In this document: positions 51,636 through 61,122 of the stretch, piece by piece
Numbering within the stretch: the stretch's first letter is position 1
Layout: every line of letters begins with the position of its first letter
NCBI GenBank assembly: GCA_965221955.1
Contig: CBDCTA010000022.1
Coordinates: 64,001-128,000, forward strand
Reading direction: 5' to 3'
DNA: 64,000 nucleotides
Origin: Gammaproteobacteria bacterium
GTDB lineage: Bacteria > Pseudomonadota > Gammaproteobacteria > UBA4575
The notes under the pieces: generated by a model
What the model was told of the DNA's origin: nothing
The model's input: the letters and a program-made list of their open reading frames with translations, nothing else
The model's database searches: none
Program-made: the position numbers and the translations under genes

Positions 51636-52343
51636 TTAACTGCCACTGCCCCACTTCATGATGTCAAAACTTCGGTGAATACCAACATAAGCTTGAGTTT
51701 CATCTTCATCACCACCGCTAGTTGCAGCACCATCAAGAATATCCGCATCGGTATACACAACTGCAGCCGTCATATCGAAACCAGCTACCTCAAACCCATA
51801 ACCAAATTCGAAATAACTACCTAGATCATCCTCAGCATCATCGTCGAATCGACCATAGGTGAGATAAACACCATTCCAGCCGACTGTTGCTGCATAGAAG
51901 TCATAGTTGTCTCCATCTGAAAACTCACCGTTGTATTCCCCTGGTGAAAATTCAAAGTCAACAGACCAAACATCATTCGACCAACCTGCATACACATTTA
52001 CCTCGTTGTATTCCGCATCAAAATTGTCTGAATACTGATATGTGGTATAACCCGCGCCTAAATACATGCCATTGGCAAACTCATGCACATAGCCACCATA
52101 AACGTCATATTCAACCCCTGAATCAACATCGGCGATCCAGGTACCTAAATAAAATCCACCAACTTCTAAATCCACACCGCCATTGCCGGATGAGTCATTT
52201 TGTGGAATACCACGATAAATATAGTCAGACAGGATCCCTGCATTACCCGAAAGAGTGGTTTCTGCAGAAGCAGTAGTTGCAAACACTGCGGTGCTTGTAG
52301 CTAAAACAGCTGCTAGAGACAGTGTCTGTAATTTCTTATTCAT
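51636..52343 (-). CDS. TorF-like putative outer-membrane porin
   Basis: Signal peptide, SDYIYRGI.Q, GFYLG.W, E.D.YGGY; beta-strand pattern. Confidence 0.85.
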   Translation of the reverse strand: MNKKLQTLSLAAVLATSTAVFATTASAETTLSGNAGILSDYIYRGIPQNDSSGNGGVDLEVGGFYLGTWIADVDSGVEYDVYGGYVHEFANGMYLGAGYTTYQYSDNFDAEYNEVNVYAGWSNDVWSVDFEFSPGEYNGEFSDGDNYDFYAATVGWNGVYLTYGRFDDDAEDDLGSYFEFGYGFEVAGFDMTAAVVYTDADILDGAATSGGDEDETQAYVGIHRSFDIMKWGSGS

Positions 52344-52392
52344 TTAATTTTCCTCCCTTATAAAAAGGCGTTGTTTTACGTCAGCGTTGTTA

Positions 52393-52410
52393 TTGCATGT
52401 GCCGTGCCAA
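52393..52410 (-). promoter_or_regulatory. sigma54 promoter of porin-glnK-amtB
   Basis: Minus strand TTGGCACGGCACATGCAA (-24 GG / -12 GC). Confidence 0.8.
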
Positions 52411-52456
52411 TTTTTTATTTCATGCAAAACAATGACTTATAAATTTAAATAAAAGA

Positions 52457-52507
52457 TGTACTAAAATATTGCACCGAGATATCACTATCATGCGCTTTAA
52501 TGGTGCA
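52457..52507. promoter_or_regulatory. Two NtrC-type enhancer sites (IHF-like site near 52427)
   Basis: TGTAC-N7-TTGCA at 52457 and TGCGC-N7-GTGCA at 52491 versus consensus TGCAC-N7-GTGCA. Confidence 0.7.
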
Positions 52508-52562
52508 CTGAATTTACGCAGGATTCCGTTACACTAGGAAGCTGTATTTAAGGAGTTATAGG

Positions 52563-52832
52563 ATGAAAATAAATACTGAAGCTTTGGATCAAGCAGTAAC
52601 TGAAATTGTGAGTAAAATAAGTGCTGCAATTCCTGAAGATTTGAAAAGTGCAAAACAGGGACTGGAAAAAAATGCACGCGCAACGGTTGAGGGGGCATTC
52701 CAACGGTTAGATCTTGTTACTCGTGAAGAATTTGATGTGCAAGTGATGTTGTTATCAAAAAGCCAACAACGAGTAAAAGAACTAGAACAACGTCTCAGTC
52801 AACTAGAAGAAAAAATTAAAAACACATCATAG
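52563..52832 (+). CDS. ubiK: Ubiquinone biosynthesis accessory factor UbiK/YqiC
   Basis: LDLVTREEFDVQ and C-terminal coiled coil. Confidence 0.9.
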   Translation: MKINTEALDQAVTEIVSKISAAIPEDLKSAKQGLEKNARATVEGAFQRLDLVTREEFDVQVMLLSKSQQRVKELEQRLSQLEEKIKNTS

Positions 52833-52846
52833 AAAAATAACGACAA

Positions 52847-54361
52847 ATGAGTCTTGCTACTGTCTATTCCCGTGCACAAACGGGCATGGAAGCACCTTTA
52901 GTTACAGTGGAAGTAGACCTTTCCAATGGTTTACCAGGTTTGTCTATCGTTGGTTTACCCGAAGCCGCAGTTAAAGAAAGTAAAGATCGCGTACGTGCAG
53001 CATTACTAAATTCTGGATTTGAATTTCCAAGTCGACGAATTACAGTAAATCTTGCACCAGCCGACTTACCCAAAGAAGGCGGCCGATTCGATTTACCGAT
53101 TGCTTTAGGCGTTCTTGCAGCATCTAAACAACTACCACAAGACGCTTTAGCATCTAATGAATTTATTGGCGAACTAAGTTTAAGTGGCAAGTTACGTGCT
53201 GTGCACGGTGTGTTACCTGCTGCAGTCGCCAGTCATAAGCAAAAACGTTCTATTGTCGTTCCAATTGAAAATGGTAGTGAAGCACTTTTAGCAAAACAGA
53301 CTACCGTGTTCGCTACAAAAAATTTACTAGAGCTCTGTGCACATCTTTCTACACAAGAATTAATATCTCCTTACGCAAACGGCATCGAAACTAAAAATAG
53401 AACTGAGGTGTTAGATCTTCGTGATGTAAGAGGACAGCATCATGCTAAGCGTGCCTTAGAAGTTGCTGCAGCGGGATTTCATAATATGTTAATGGTAGGT
53501 TCTCCGGGTAGCGGTAAAACTATGCTAGCCAGTCGCTTACCGGGTATTTTGCCGCCTCTCACTGAAGAAGAAGCCATCGAGTCCGCAACCATTTATTCTA
53601 TCAGTCATGCGGGCTTCAGCCATGAGCAATGGGGCACAAGACCCTTTCGTGCACCACATCATACCGCCTCGGGTGTAGCACTGGTGGGTGGAGGTTCTTT
53701 TCCTATGCCTGGTGAAATTTCTTTAGCACATTATGGTGTATTGTTTTTAGATGAATTAACGGAGTTTGATCGACGTGTATTAGAAGTGCTTCGCGAACCA
53801 TTAGAAACGGGAAACATTGCAATTTCACGTGCTGCAAGACAAGTACAATTCCCAGCACGATTCCAAATGATTGCTGCAATGAATCCCTGCCCACAAGGAT
53901 GTGACATTGACATTAATGGCAACTGTGCATGTACCCCAGAACAGATTCGCCGTTATCGTGGACGCATTTCTGCTCCCTTACTCGATCGCATTGATATTCA
54001 TATCGATGTGCCACGTGTGGCTAAAGAACAGTTACGACAAAAAACATCTAACAACAGTGAATCCAGCGCAGAAGTACAACAAAGAGTGTGTGCAGCACGT
54101 GAGTTGCAATTGCAACGTCAGCAAAAACCTAATGCATATATGACAAACAAAGAAATTGAAAAATTTTGTTTGCTTACAGAGGACTGCGAGAAACTTATGG
54201 ATAAAGCGTTTGAGCAGTTAGGTCTATCTGCACGTGGTTATCACCGCACACTGAAACTTGCACGCACGATTGCAGATTTAGAACAGGTAGAAAATATTCA
54301 AACCAATCACCTCAGTGAGGCGATTGGTTATCGGCAGTATGATCGGCTATTAAACAAATAG
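52847..54361 (+). CDS. comM: YifB/ComM Mg-chelatase-like AAA+ ATPase
   Basis: VKESKDRVRAA, NLAPADLPKEG.RFDLPIA, GSPGSGKTMLA, FRAPHH, LFLDEL. Confidence 0.94.
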   Translation: MSLATVYSRAQTGMEAPLVTVEVDLSNGLPGLSIVGLPEAAVKESKDRVRAALLNSGFEFPSRRITVNLAPADLPKEGGRFDLPIALGVLAASKQLPQDALASNEFIGELSLSGKLRAVHGVLPAAVASHKQKRSIVVPIENGSEALLAKQTTVFATKNLLELCAHLSTQELISPYANGIETKNRTEVLDLRDVRGQHHAKRALEVAAAGFHNMLMVGSPGSGKTMLASRLPGILPPLTEEEAIESATIYSISHAGFSHEQWGTRPFRAPHHTASGVALVGGGSFPMPGEISLAHYGVLFLDELTEFDRRVLEVLREPLETGNIAISRAARQVQFPARFQMIAAMNPCPQGCDIDINGNCACTPEQIRRYRGRISAPLLDRIDIHIDVPRVAKEQLRQKTSNNSESSAEVQQRVCAARELQLQRQQKPNAYMTNKEIEKFCLLTEDCEKLMDKAFEQLGLSARGYHRTLKLARTIADLEQVENIQTNHLSEAIGYRQYDRLLNK

Positions 54362-54374
54362 GTCAGCGATAATA

Positions 54375-54863
54375 TTACTTAACAGACTCCAGCATATAAT
54401 CAACGACCTTCTTGATGTCGTCATCAGAATAGTCCGCTCGACCACCTTTAGCTGGCATTGCGCCAATACCATTTATCGCACTTGCATAAAGTGCATCTGC
54501 ATCTTTTGATAATCTCGCTCCCCAACTCGCTTTATCGCCAACTTTAGGAGCATTGAGTACACCTGCGTCATGGCACGCAGCACACGCAGTATAAAGTTCC
54601 TCAGCGCTCTTAGCCGCACCGACATCATTCGCTGCTACCGTGTCGGTATCTCCGTCTTCACTTGCGTTAACCGGTGTAACGCCATTGATCGCTAAAGTAC
54701 CAATAGGTTTGACTCGATCCTTAATATTGCCTTGTACTAAATTATCATCAGAATAATCTGCACTTGGCAAAAGAACATTAGCGACTACCATAATAACTAC
54801 TGTAAACGCGACTAGCACTCCCAGTATCATCATCATTGTCGTTGCAAACTGATTGTCCTTCAC
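54375..54863 (-). CDS. Cytochrome c5 family protein
   Basis: R.KP.G, single CAACH, APKVGD...W, MPAKGG. Confidence 0.9.
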   Translation of the reverse strand: MKDNQFATTMMMILGVLVAFTVVIMVVANVLLPSADYSDDNLVQGNIKDRVKPIGTLAINGVTPVNASEDGDTDTVAANDVGAAKSAEELYTACAACHDAGVLNAPKVGDKASWGARLSKDADALYASAINGIGAMPAKGGRADYSDDDIKKVVDYMLESVK

Positions 54864-55029
54864 ACAAACTCCTAATATGTTGTTGGTTCCTGTCTTAAAC
54901 GCTGCGGATTATAGTGAATGAGTGATACGAAACCAATTACCTATAGCAGTTATATTTAGGTCAATTTCTAGATAGAAGGGCCGATACCTTTGCCATAAAC
55001 CCTAACAATTCAATCAATCCGGACAGAAT

Positions 55030-56859
55030 ATGCCTTTCCCAGCCAACCCTGATCCCCATGCTATTGGTATTTTGGTATTAACCATAATCGCTCTAGTCTT
55101 ATTTACACGGGAGAACATACCCCTAGAAACCTCTAGCTTATTAGTGATCGCAATTTTGGCGGTAGGATTTGAGTTGTTCCCCTATCAGTATGATGGGCGT
55201 GAACTTCACTCCATTGATCTATTCTCTGGCTTTGGCCACGAAGCCCTGATCGCAGTCTGTGCATTGATGATTGCAGGTCAAGCTTTGGTGCGTACTGGAG
55301 CACTGGAACCAATCGGAAGATCACTCGCCAAGCTTTGGCGAATTAGCCCAATGATTTCTTTGTTGATTACACTACTGATAGGTGCCGTGCTAAGTGCATT
55401 CGTCAACAACACACCGGTTGTAGTGTTATTACTACCGATTTTAATTAGCGTTTCTTTGCGTACCAATCGCTCACCTTCGAGTGTATTAATGCCAATGGGA
55501 TTTGCCACACTCGTTGGCGGTATGTGCACCACGATTGGCACTTCAACTAATTTATTAGTGGTTTCGGTTGCAGCAGACATGGGTGTGGAAAAATTTTCCA
55601 TGTTTGATTTCTTACTTCCTGCAAGCATCGCTTCTGTAATCGGCATTACCTACTTATGGTTGATCGCACCACTATTGGTTTCTGAACGAGAAACACCATT
55701 AGACGATAGTTCCCCTCGTGTCTTTCTTGCACAACTACACATTTCCGAAGACAGCCGCTCAGTTGGAAAAACACTTGCACAATTGATCAAAAAAACCAAC
55801 GGAGTAATGAAAATCGAAAAAATACAACGTGGTGAAGATACTTATCTTTCTTTATTGCCAGATGTAGAAATTAAAGCCGGTGATCGTTTATTCGTTAGTG
55901 ATACACCGAAAGAACTCAAAGAGTATGAAGAAGTGCTTGATGCAACTTTGTATTCCGACAATGAACCCATCGATGGTGAAAATCTTGCTTCTACCTCACA
56001 ACAACAACTCGCAGAAATTGTTGTTTCACAAGGAACACCTTTAGAAGGTACAACGCTGTCACGTTTACGCTTTAATGATCGCTATCAACTTATACCCTTA
56101 GCGATTCATCATGCGGGCAAAACTATCGACACACTGCATTCTGGCTTGCGCGAAGTATGGTTACATACTGGCGATATTATTTTGGTGCAAGGCAAAGCGG
56201 ACGCTTTAAAAAAACTCAAACAAAGTGGTGAACTATTAGTATTAGATTCAACTGAAAATCTTCCTCACTCAGAAAAAGCTCCTCTGGCTTTACTCATCAT
56301 GATTGGCATCGTTGTTACAGCTGCGCTTGGTATTCTACCCATCGCAATTAGTGCAGTATGTGGAGTGTTATTACTCGTTGCTACGGGTTGTTTAAATTGG
56401 CGCGAATCTACACAAGCGTTAAGCCCGCCTATTGTTCTCATTGTAGTGGCAAGTTTAGCGATGGGTTCTGCATTATTAATCACCGGAGGTACTGAATACT
56501 TAGCAAGTGTTTTCCTTTACCTTACTGCCGGCGCAAGTGCCCCTATAGTATTAAGTGGTCTAATGTTACTCATGGCATTACTTACCAACATTGTATCGAA
56601 CAACGCAGCCGCGGTAATCGGTACGCCGGTGGCCGTCAGTATTGCGCAACAACTTGATCAACCTGCAGCGCCTTTTATTTTAGCTGTGCTATTTGGCGCC
56701 AATATGAGTTACATCACGCCCATGGCATATAAAACCAATCTGTTAGTTATGAATGCAGGGGGATATAAATTTATGGACTTTGTAAAAGTGGGCACGCCAC
56801 TCACGATTATTATGTGGCTGAGTTATTCATGGTTATTACCATGGATTTATGAGTTGTAA
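55030..56859 (+). CDS. SLC13 family permease with two TrkA-C domains
   Basis: SAFVNNTPVV, GG.CT.IGTSTN, SNNAAA, TPMAYKTN. Confidence 0.9.
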   Translation: MPFPANPDPHAIGILVLTIIALVLFTRENIPLETSSLLVIAILAVGFELFPYQYDGRELHSIDLFSGFGHEALIAVCALMIAGQALVRTGALEPIGRSLAKLWRISPMISLLITLLIGAVLSAFVNNTPVVVLLLPILISVSLRTNRSPSSVLMPMGFATLVGGMCTTIGTSTNLLVVSVAADMGVEKFSMFDFLLPASIASVIGITYLWLIAPLLVSERETPLDDSSPRVFLAQLHISEDSRSVGKTLAQLIKKTNGVMKIEKIQRGEDTYLSLLPDVEIKAGDRLFVSDTPKELKEYEEVLDATLYSDNEPIDGENLASTSQQQLAEIVVSQGTPLEGTTLSRLRFNDRYQLIPLAIHHAGKTIDTLHSGLREVWLHTGDIILVQGKADALKKLKQSGELLVLDSTENLPHSEKAPLALLIMIGIVVTAALGILPIAISAVCGVLLLVATGCLNWRESTQALSPPIVLIVVASLAMGSALLITGGTEYLASVFLYLTAGASAPIVLSGLMLLMALLTNIVSNNAAAVIGTPVAVSIAQQLDQPAAPFILAVLFGANMSYITPMAYKTNLLVMNAGGYKFMDFVKVGTPLTIIMWLSYSWLLPWIYEL

Positions 56860-56990
56860 CTCACTCTGTTTATCATTCACCGTGTCACTCATCCAGTTTA
56901 ATAAATCTCTTATACCTTTAAATATGCCTATCAGCAGTCTGCTGGAATAAAATTGAATTTTGATTAATATGGCTACAAGGAATTACCCAT

Positions 56991-57485
56991 ATGTTTTCGC
57001 TGCTACGCACAATTATTTTAATTCTACTCTGTTCATACTTACTACTTGCCTGTGCGCATTCCTCTAAACATCATGAAAGATCTGTCGAAAAAGCTACCCA
57101 AACTTCAAAACCAATAAGTCAGGGACAACAAATTGCTGATTTAGCACAATCTTTATTAGGCAGTCCATATAAATATGGTGGCACAACACCAAATGGATTT
57201 GATTGCAGTGGCTTGGTGCATTACACACATAGGAAATTTGGTATTCACACACCACGCACTTCATTACAGCAATTTAAGCACGCGAGAAGTATTAGGCTAA
57301 GCGAATTAGACTCAGGTGATGTGGTGTTTTTTAAGTTAAGTAGAAATAATGTTTCTCATGTAGGAATTTACGTAGGTAATGGCCGTTTTGTTCACGCACC
57401 CAAAAGTGGGAAACGTGTCGCAATTAATCATTTAAACGATGACTATTGGCGACCACGCATTGTTAGCGGGGGACGCTTCTATTAG
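56991..57485 (+). CDS. NlpC/P60 (C40) peptidase lipoprotein
   Basis: LLAC lipobox, G.PY.YGG.TP.GFDCSG, HVGIY.G.G.F.HAP. Confidence 0.93.
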   Translation: MFSLLRTIILILLCSYLLLACAHSSKHHERSVEKATQTSKPISQGQQIADLAQSLLGSPYKYGGTTPNGFDCSGLVHYTHRKFGIHTPRTSLQQFKHARSIRLSELDSGDVVFFKLSRNNVSHVGIYVGNGRFVHAPKSGKRVAINHLNDDYWRPRIVSGGRFY

Positions 57486-57614
57486 TAGAAATTTACAATA
57501 GTTACCCCACCTATCCTTTTAGCAGTTCCTCCTATCTCAATCGACGAAATTTCTAGCTAATTTGGCCGATACACTATTTGAACCTTTTTCATGGATGTAA
57601 CAAGGTAAAATAAC

Positions 57615-57761
57615 TTGGACACGGAAGTAAGACATACTGTTCGTAAAATTTTCGAACATTTAAGAAAGCAACAACCAAAAATGCGGCCACGCGAAAGCGA
57701 CCGTATTAATGTTGACCAAATGCTTAAAGATCATCGCGAGCGCGAAAACCGATCAGACTAA
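57615..57761 (+). CDS. Putative 48-aa small protein
   Basis: TTG start after AAGG; MDTEVRHTVRKIFEHLRKQQPKMRPRESDRINVDQMLKDHRERENRSD; fills the intergenic gap. Confidence 0.45.
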   Translation: MDTEVRHTVRKIFEHLRKQQPKMRPRESDRINVDQMLKDHRERENRSD

Positions 57762-57774
57762 AAAATTCTCAATT

Positions 57775-58485
57775 CTATTCAGCAGCGGCTTCTGCTGTAG
57801 AGGCTTGCGCAGCAGAACTCGATTCTTGCTCGACCAACATATCTACCACGCGTAACAAATTTTCGTAACTACCGGCATCACTTGCTGAGGTACGATACTT
57901 TCCATTGATGATGACTTGCGGCACGGAACTCACCCCATACTGTCGCACTACTTGATCTGCACGCTTAATCTTAGTTTCTACATACATAGAATTGTAAGCA
58001 CTTTTAAATTTTTCTACATCGACTTCATGCTGAGATAAAAATCTTGCCATAGATTCAACATCTCGAAGGCGTCTTCCTTGTGTATGAATTGCTTCGAAAA
58101 ATACAGGATGAATCCTTTCTAGCTCGCCCATGGTTTCAAGCGCATAAAATGCTCTAGCGTGTGTAACCCATCCTCGATTTAACACTGCGGGCACACGCAT
58201 AAAGCTAACATCTTCAGACATGGTTTCTTTCCAGCTAACTATATGTGGCTCAAAATCAAAACAGTGAGGACATCCGTACCAAAAGATTTCCAATACTTCG
58301 ACTTTGCCTTCTTCAACATTAGTCGGTACCGCAGGAGTAATTCTGTGGTAATGCTTACCTTCTAGAAGATTCGTTACTGGAGCATGGTTATGGCCATCTT
58401 TTGCATTGACGGTGAATAACGACAGCAACAATGACGACAAAAAAATCAGGGTCAAAAAAATACCAAGTGATTTAAGCATATTCAT
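57775..58485 (-). CDS. dsbA: Thiol:disulfide interchange protein DsbA
   Basis: EIFWYGCPHC, cis-Pro VP...INGKY; signal peptide. Confidence 0.93.
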   Translation of the reverse strand: MNMLKSLGIFLTLIFLSSLLLSLFTVNAKDGHNHAPVTNLLEGKHYHRITPAVPTNVEEGKVEVLEIFWYGCPHCFDFEPHIVSWKETMSEDVSFMRVPAVLNRGWVTHARAFYALETMGELERIHPVFFEAIHTQGRRLRDVESMARFLSQHEVDVEKFKSAYNSMYVETKIKRADQVVRQYGVSSVPQVIINGKYRTSASDAGSYENLLRVVDMLVEQESSSAAQASTAEAAAE

Positions 58486-58516
58486 ATTCTTGTTATGTAG
58501 AGTATTGGTTACCTAG

Positions 58517-58543
58517 TTTGACACCCTATATGAACACGAGTTC
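58517..58543 (-). promoter_or_regulatory. Putative sigmaE-type promoter of dsbA
   Basis: Minus strand GAACTC-N16-TCAAA. Confidence 0.5.
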
Positions 58544-58611
58544 TATCAGATCTAGTTCAAATTAAAGGCATGTACAAAGCTTATTTACCGTTTATCCCTT
58601 AAAAATCTAAA

Positions 58612-59253
58612 TTAATGCAGTCCAGCAATATATTCTGCAACGGCATCAATTTCAGTATCGCTGAGATAAGTTGCAATTTCTTTCATCATGTTCAAATTAT
58701 CATCAGGTTGATAACGAGCACCACTACGATAAGCCCTTAGTTGTGCTGCGGTATATACAGCGTGCTGACCTGCAAGCTGTGGAAATTTTGCTGGGCCGTT
58801 ACCGGTACCATCGGGCGCATGACATGACATACATGCAGGTACACCGGTTTCAAGATTGCCGCCACGATAAATTCTTTCGCCAATGGCATACAACTTTTCA
58901 CCCTGGAATTCTTTATCTGGATCTGCACTGCCTACGTTTGCCTGCTGACTAGAATAATAAGCGGCTAAATCATGCATATCTTGTTCTGATAAATTTTCAG
59001 CTTGAGGATTCATTAATGTGTTAATACGAATTTTCTCTTTGAATAATTGCAGTTGGTCGATTAGGTACTTCTCGCCTTGAGCAGCCAAATTAGGCCAAGC
59101 TGGATTCACACTAACTCCAGCTACGCCATGACATGCAGCACAGGGTGCTGATTTTTGTTTACCTGCTTCTGGATCGCCCGCAGCATGGGCCGTTGCGAAA
59201 ACTCCTGCGACATAAATTAGTGCCACAATATGCAAACAATAGAATCTCTTCAT
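58612..59253 (-). CDS. Di-heme cytochrome c4
   Basis: CAACHG and CMSCH, P.LAGQHA.Y; divergent from engB as usual. Confidence 0.93.
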   Translation of the reverse strand: MKRFYCLHIVALIYVAGVFATAHAAGDPEAGKQKSAPCAACHGVAGVSVNPAWPNLAAQGEKYLIDQLQLFKEKIRINTLMNPQAENLSEQDMHDLAAYYSSQQANVGSADPDKEFQGEKLYAIGERIYRGGNLETGVPACMSCHAPDGTGNGPAKFPQLAGQHAVYTAAQLRAYRSGARYQPDDNLNMMKEIATYLSDTEIDAVAEYIAGLH

Positions 59254-59548
59254 GTATAGAATCCTTACTACAGATATTAATAATTTTGGTGAATTAAGCT
59301 TTGTTCTTTATCCACAATTTGGCCTGATTATACTGTCCATTTCTACAGCTCTTCTTCTACATCGATAATCTAGATGTTAAAGCTTAATCGAAGCGAAACA
59401 TGGTATAGCATAAAGCCCTAAAGGCCGCAAAATAGCTACTCCCTTTAGTGGGCATAATTGTTCAGCTCAATCACGTTAAAATCTATCTTACTTACTGAAT
59501 ACCCAAGCAAAAATCTACCATTCAAATCCTCTATTCAACAGAAGCATC

Positions 59549-60163
59549 ATGAGCACATCTCTTTCCAAAGCCCAATTTCTACGCAGTGCTTCTGCAGAAA
59601 AAGACTTTCCAAATGACATCAGAGCTGAAATAGCGTTTTGCGGACGCTCCAATGCGGGTAAATCCAGTGCCATCAATGCCTTGTGCAGACAAAACAATCT
59701 TGCACGTACCAGCAAAACTCCAGGCCGAACCCAGTTAATCAATTTTTTCAAATTAGATGGAGATTCTTGCTTGGTCGATCTTCCCGGCTATGGCTATGCC
59801 AAAGCACCCGCTAAAGTTCAGCAAAAATGGCAACGACTAATGGAAACCTACCTCACTCACCGGCAAGCGCTATGTGGCTTAGTCTTACTTATGGACATCC
59901 GTCATCCACTTACAGAAATTGACTGGACCATGATTCGCTGGAGCGATTATTACCAACTTCCGATGTACATCTTGCTCACTAAAGCAGATAAGGTAAATCG
60001 CAACCATACAGTCAAAACCATGACATTAGTGACTTCAAAGCTTGAACAGAAAGGGTTTGATTGTGGAGTTCAGACTTTCTCAGCCACTAAACAAATTGGC
60101 CTCAGCCAGGCTCAGAACAAGATTGTTGATTGGCTAAACTCAGCGCTGACTAACGAAAATTAG
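59549..60163 (+). CDS. engB: Ribosome biogenesis GTPase YihA/EngB
   Basis: GRSNAGKSS, SKTPGRTQ, DLPGYG, TKADK. Confidence 0.96.
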   Translation: MSTSLSKAQFLRSASAEKDFPNDIRAEIAFCGRSNAGKSSAINALCRQNNLARTSKTPGRTQLINFFKLDGDSCLVDLPGYGYAKAPAKVQQKWQRLMETYLTHRQALCGLVLLMDIRHPLTEIDWTMIRWSDYYQLPMYILLTKADKVNRNHTVKTMTLVTSKLEQKGFDCGVQTFSATKQIGLSQAQNKIVDWLNSALTNEN

Positions 60164-60175
60164 CCCTCATATCTC

Positions 60176-60300
60176 CTATACGCTGAGATTTTGCTTTCAG
60201 CTGAGGCAAAAATGCACACAGGCATGGGGAAGTTTACTAGTTGTAAATGACCGACCGAGCACATTTTTAACGCTGTATGAAAGTAAAAGATCAGGCCTAT
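60176..60300. repeat. ~125-nt long-hairpin MITE-like element, same architecture as 19160-19284
   Basis: Imperfect terminal inverted repeats ...TTTTGCTTTCA / TGAAAGTAAAA...; shared GAGGCAAAAA, TGA and TTTTTAAC landmarks. Confidence 0.55.
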
Positions 60301-60305
60301 GTTAG

Positions 60306-60414
60306 AAAAAAGCGCCCCGGTTTTTTTAACCGGGGCCAAGAATGACTCGGTTGGGGAGCCCGAGCCTTTTTAATCCCGCTAAGGGAGGGAAGCGGGTGAC
60401 GCTATTTGCGTCAC
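60306..60414 (-). ncRNA. Putative sRNA in the polA-engB interval (ErsA/sX13/Spot42-position analogue)
   Basis: Four hairpins, two with C-rich loops (UUCCCUCCCUU, CUCCCC), terminal GC hairpin plus U-tract; sigmaE-type promoter directly upstream. Confidence 0.72.
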
Positions 60415-60418
60415 TAAA

Positions 60419-60445
60419 TTAGAGGATGATTAGCAATAAAAGTTC
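60419..60445 (-). promoter_or_regulatory. sigmaE (RpoE/AlgU) promoter of the sRNA
   Basis: Minus strand GAACTT-TTATTGCTAATCATCC(16)-TCTAA. Confidence 0.78.
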
Positions 60446-60512
60446 GCCAGAAATGGCTAAAAAATAAACAGCTCGTTTATTGACAAATCTACTTTAAAAA
60501 CCGTAAACCAGA

Positions 60513-60911
60513 CTAAAAGCGCTGCTTTACTGAAATCCCATACGCACTCGTGTCTTCATCTGGGAGGGTAATATTATTATGGTGCTTGGATTGCTGACGA
60601 AGATCATCTAAGCCATCACCTTGATAAATCTCAAAAGATAATAAACGCTGCTCAGAATTAGTTGGCTCAGTTAGGTCTGTGCTACCAATTGAATTAGGCA
60701 AAATTATACGTTCATGTAGGTCAATCACTTTCTTTTGCTGTTCAACATCAGGGGACCACGCAAAAGGATGATTAGAATTGGCTAAGTTATTTTCAAAAGC
60801 TGAACTTTCTTTACTCAGTTCTGGCTCAACTGCATTCGCAACTTGAGCGACTGATACCATAGATACCAAAGTGGCAAGTAAAATAGCAGTAGTAATGATG
60901 TTCCTTATCAT
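60513..60911 (-). CDS. Hypothetical exported protein
   Basis: Signal peptide; C-terminus YGISVKQRF; RBS AGGA. Confidence 0.65.
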   Translation of the reverse strand: MIRNIITTAILLATLVSMVSVAQVANAVEPELSKESSAFENNLANSNHPFAWSPDVEQQKKVIDLHERIILPNSIGSTDLTEPTNSEQRLLSFEIYQGDGLDDLRQQSKHHNNITLPDEDTSAYGISVKQRF

Positions 60912-61122
60912 TATCAGTCCTATAAGTAAAAAGGGTCTTCACTTATAAAGCGTTCCAACTCCAAGTGAATTAGGAATGATTATATTTCTGCTTATAACGA
61001 CTGTTTACATAGCAAGATAAGTGGTGAAACCAAAATGATAAATGGATTCACTTAACTACAAAATCCAATCATCTCGGTTGTAACTAACTGATTTATTATT
61101 TCACATCAAAATCGAAATGTTT

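Noticed and set aside
59308-59316. Single TTATCCACA upstream of cytochrome c4
   Set aside because: An isolated 9-mer is plausible by chance
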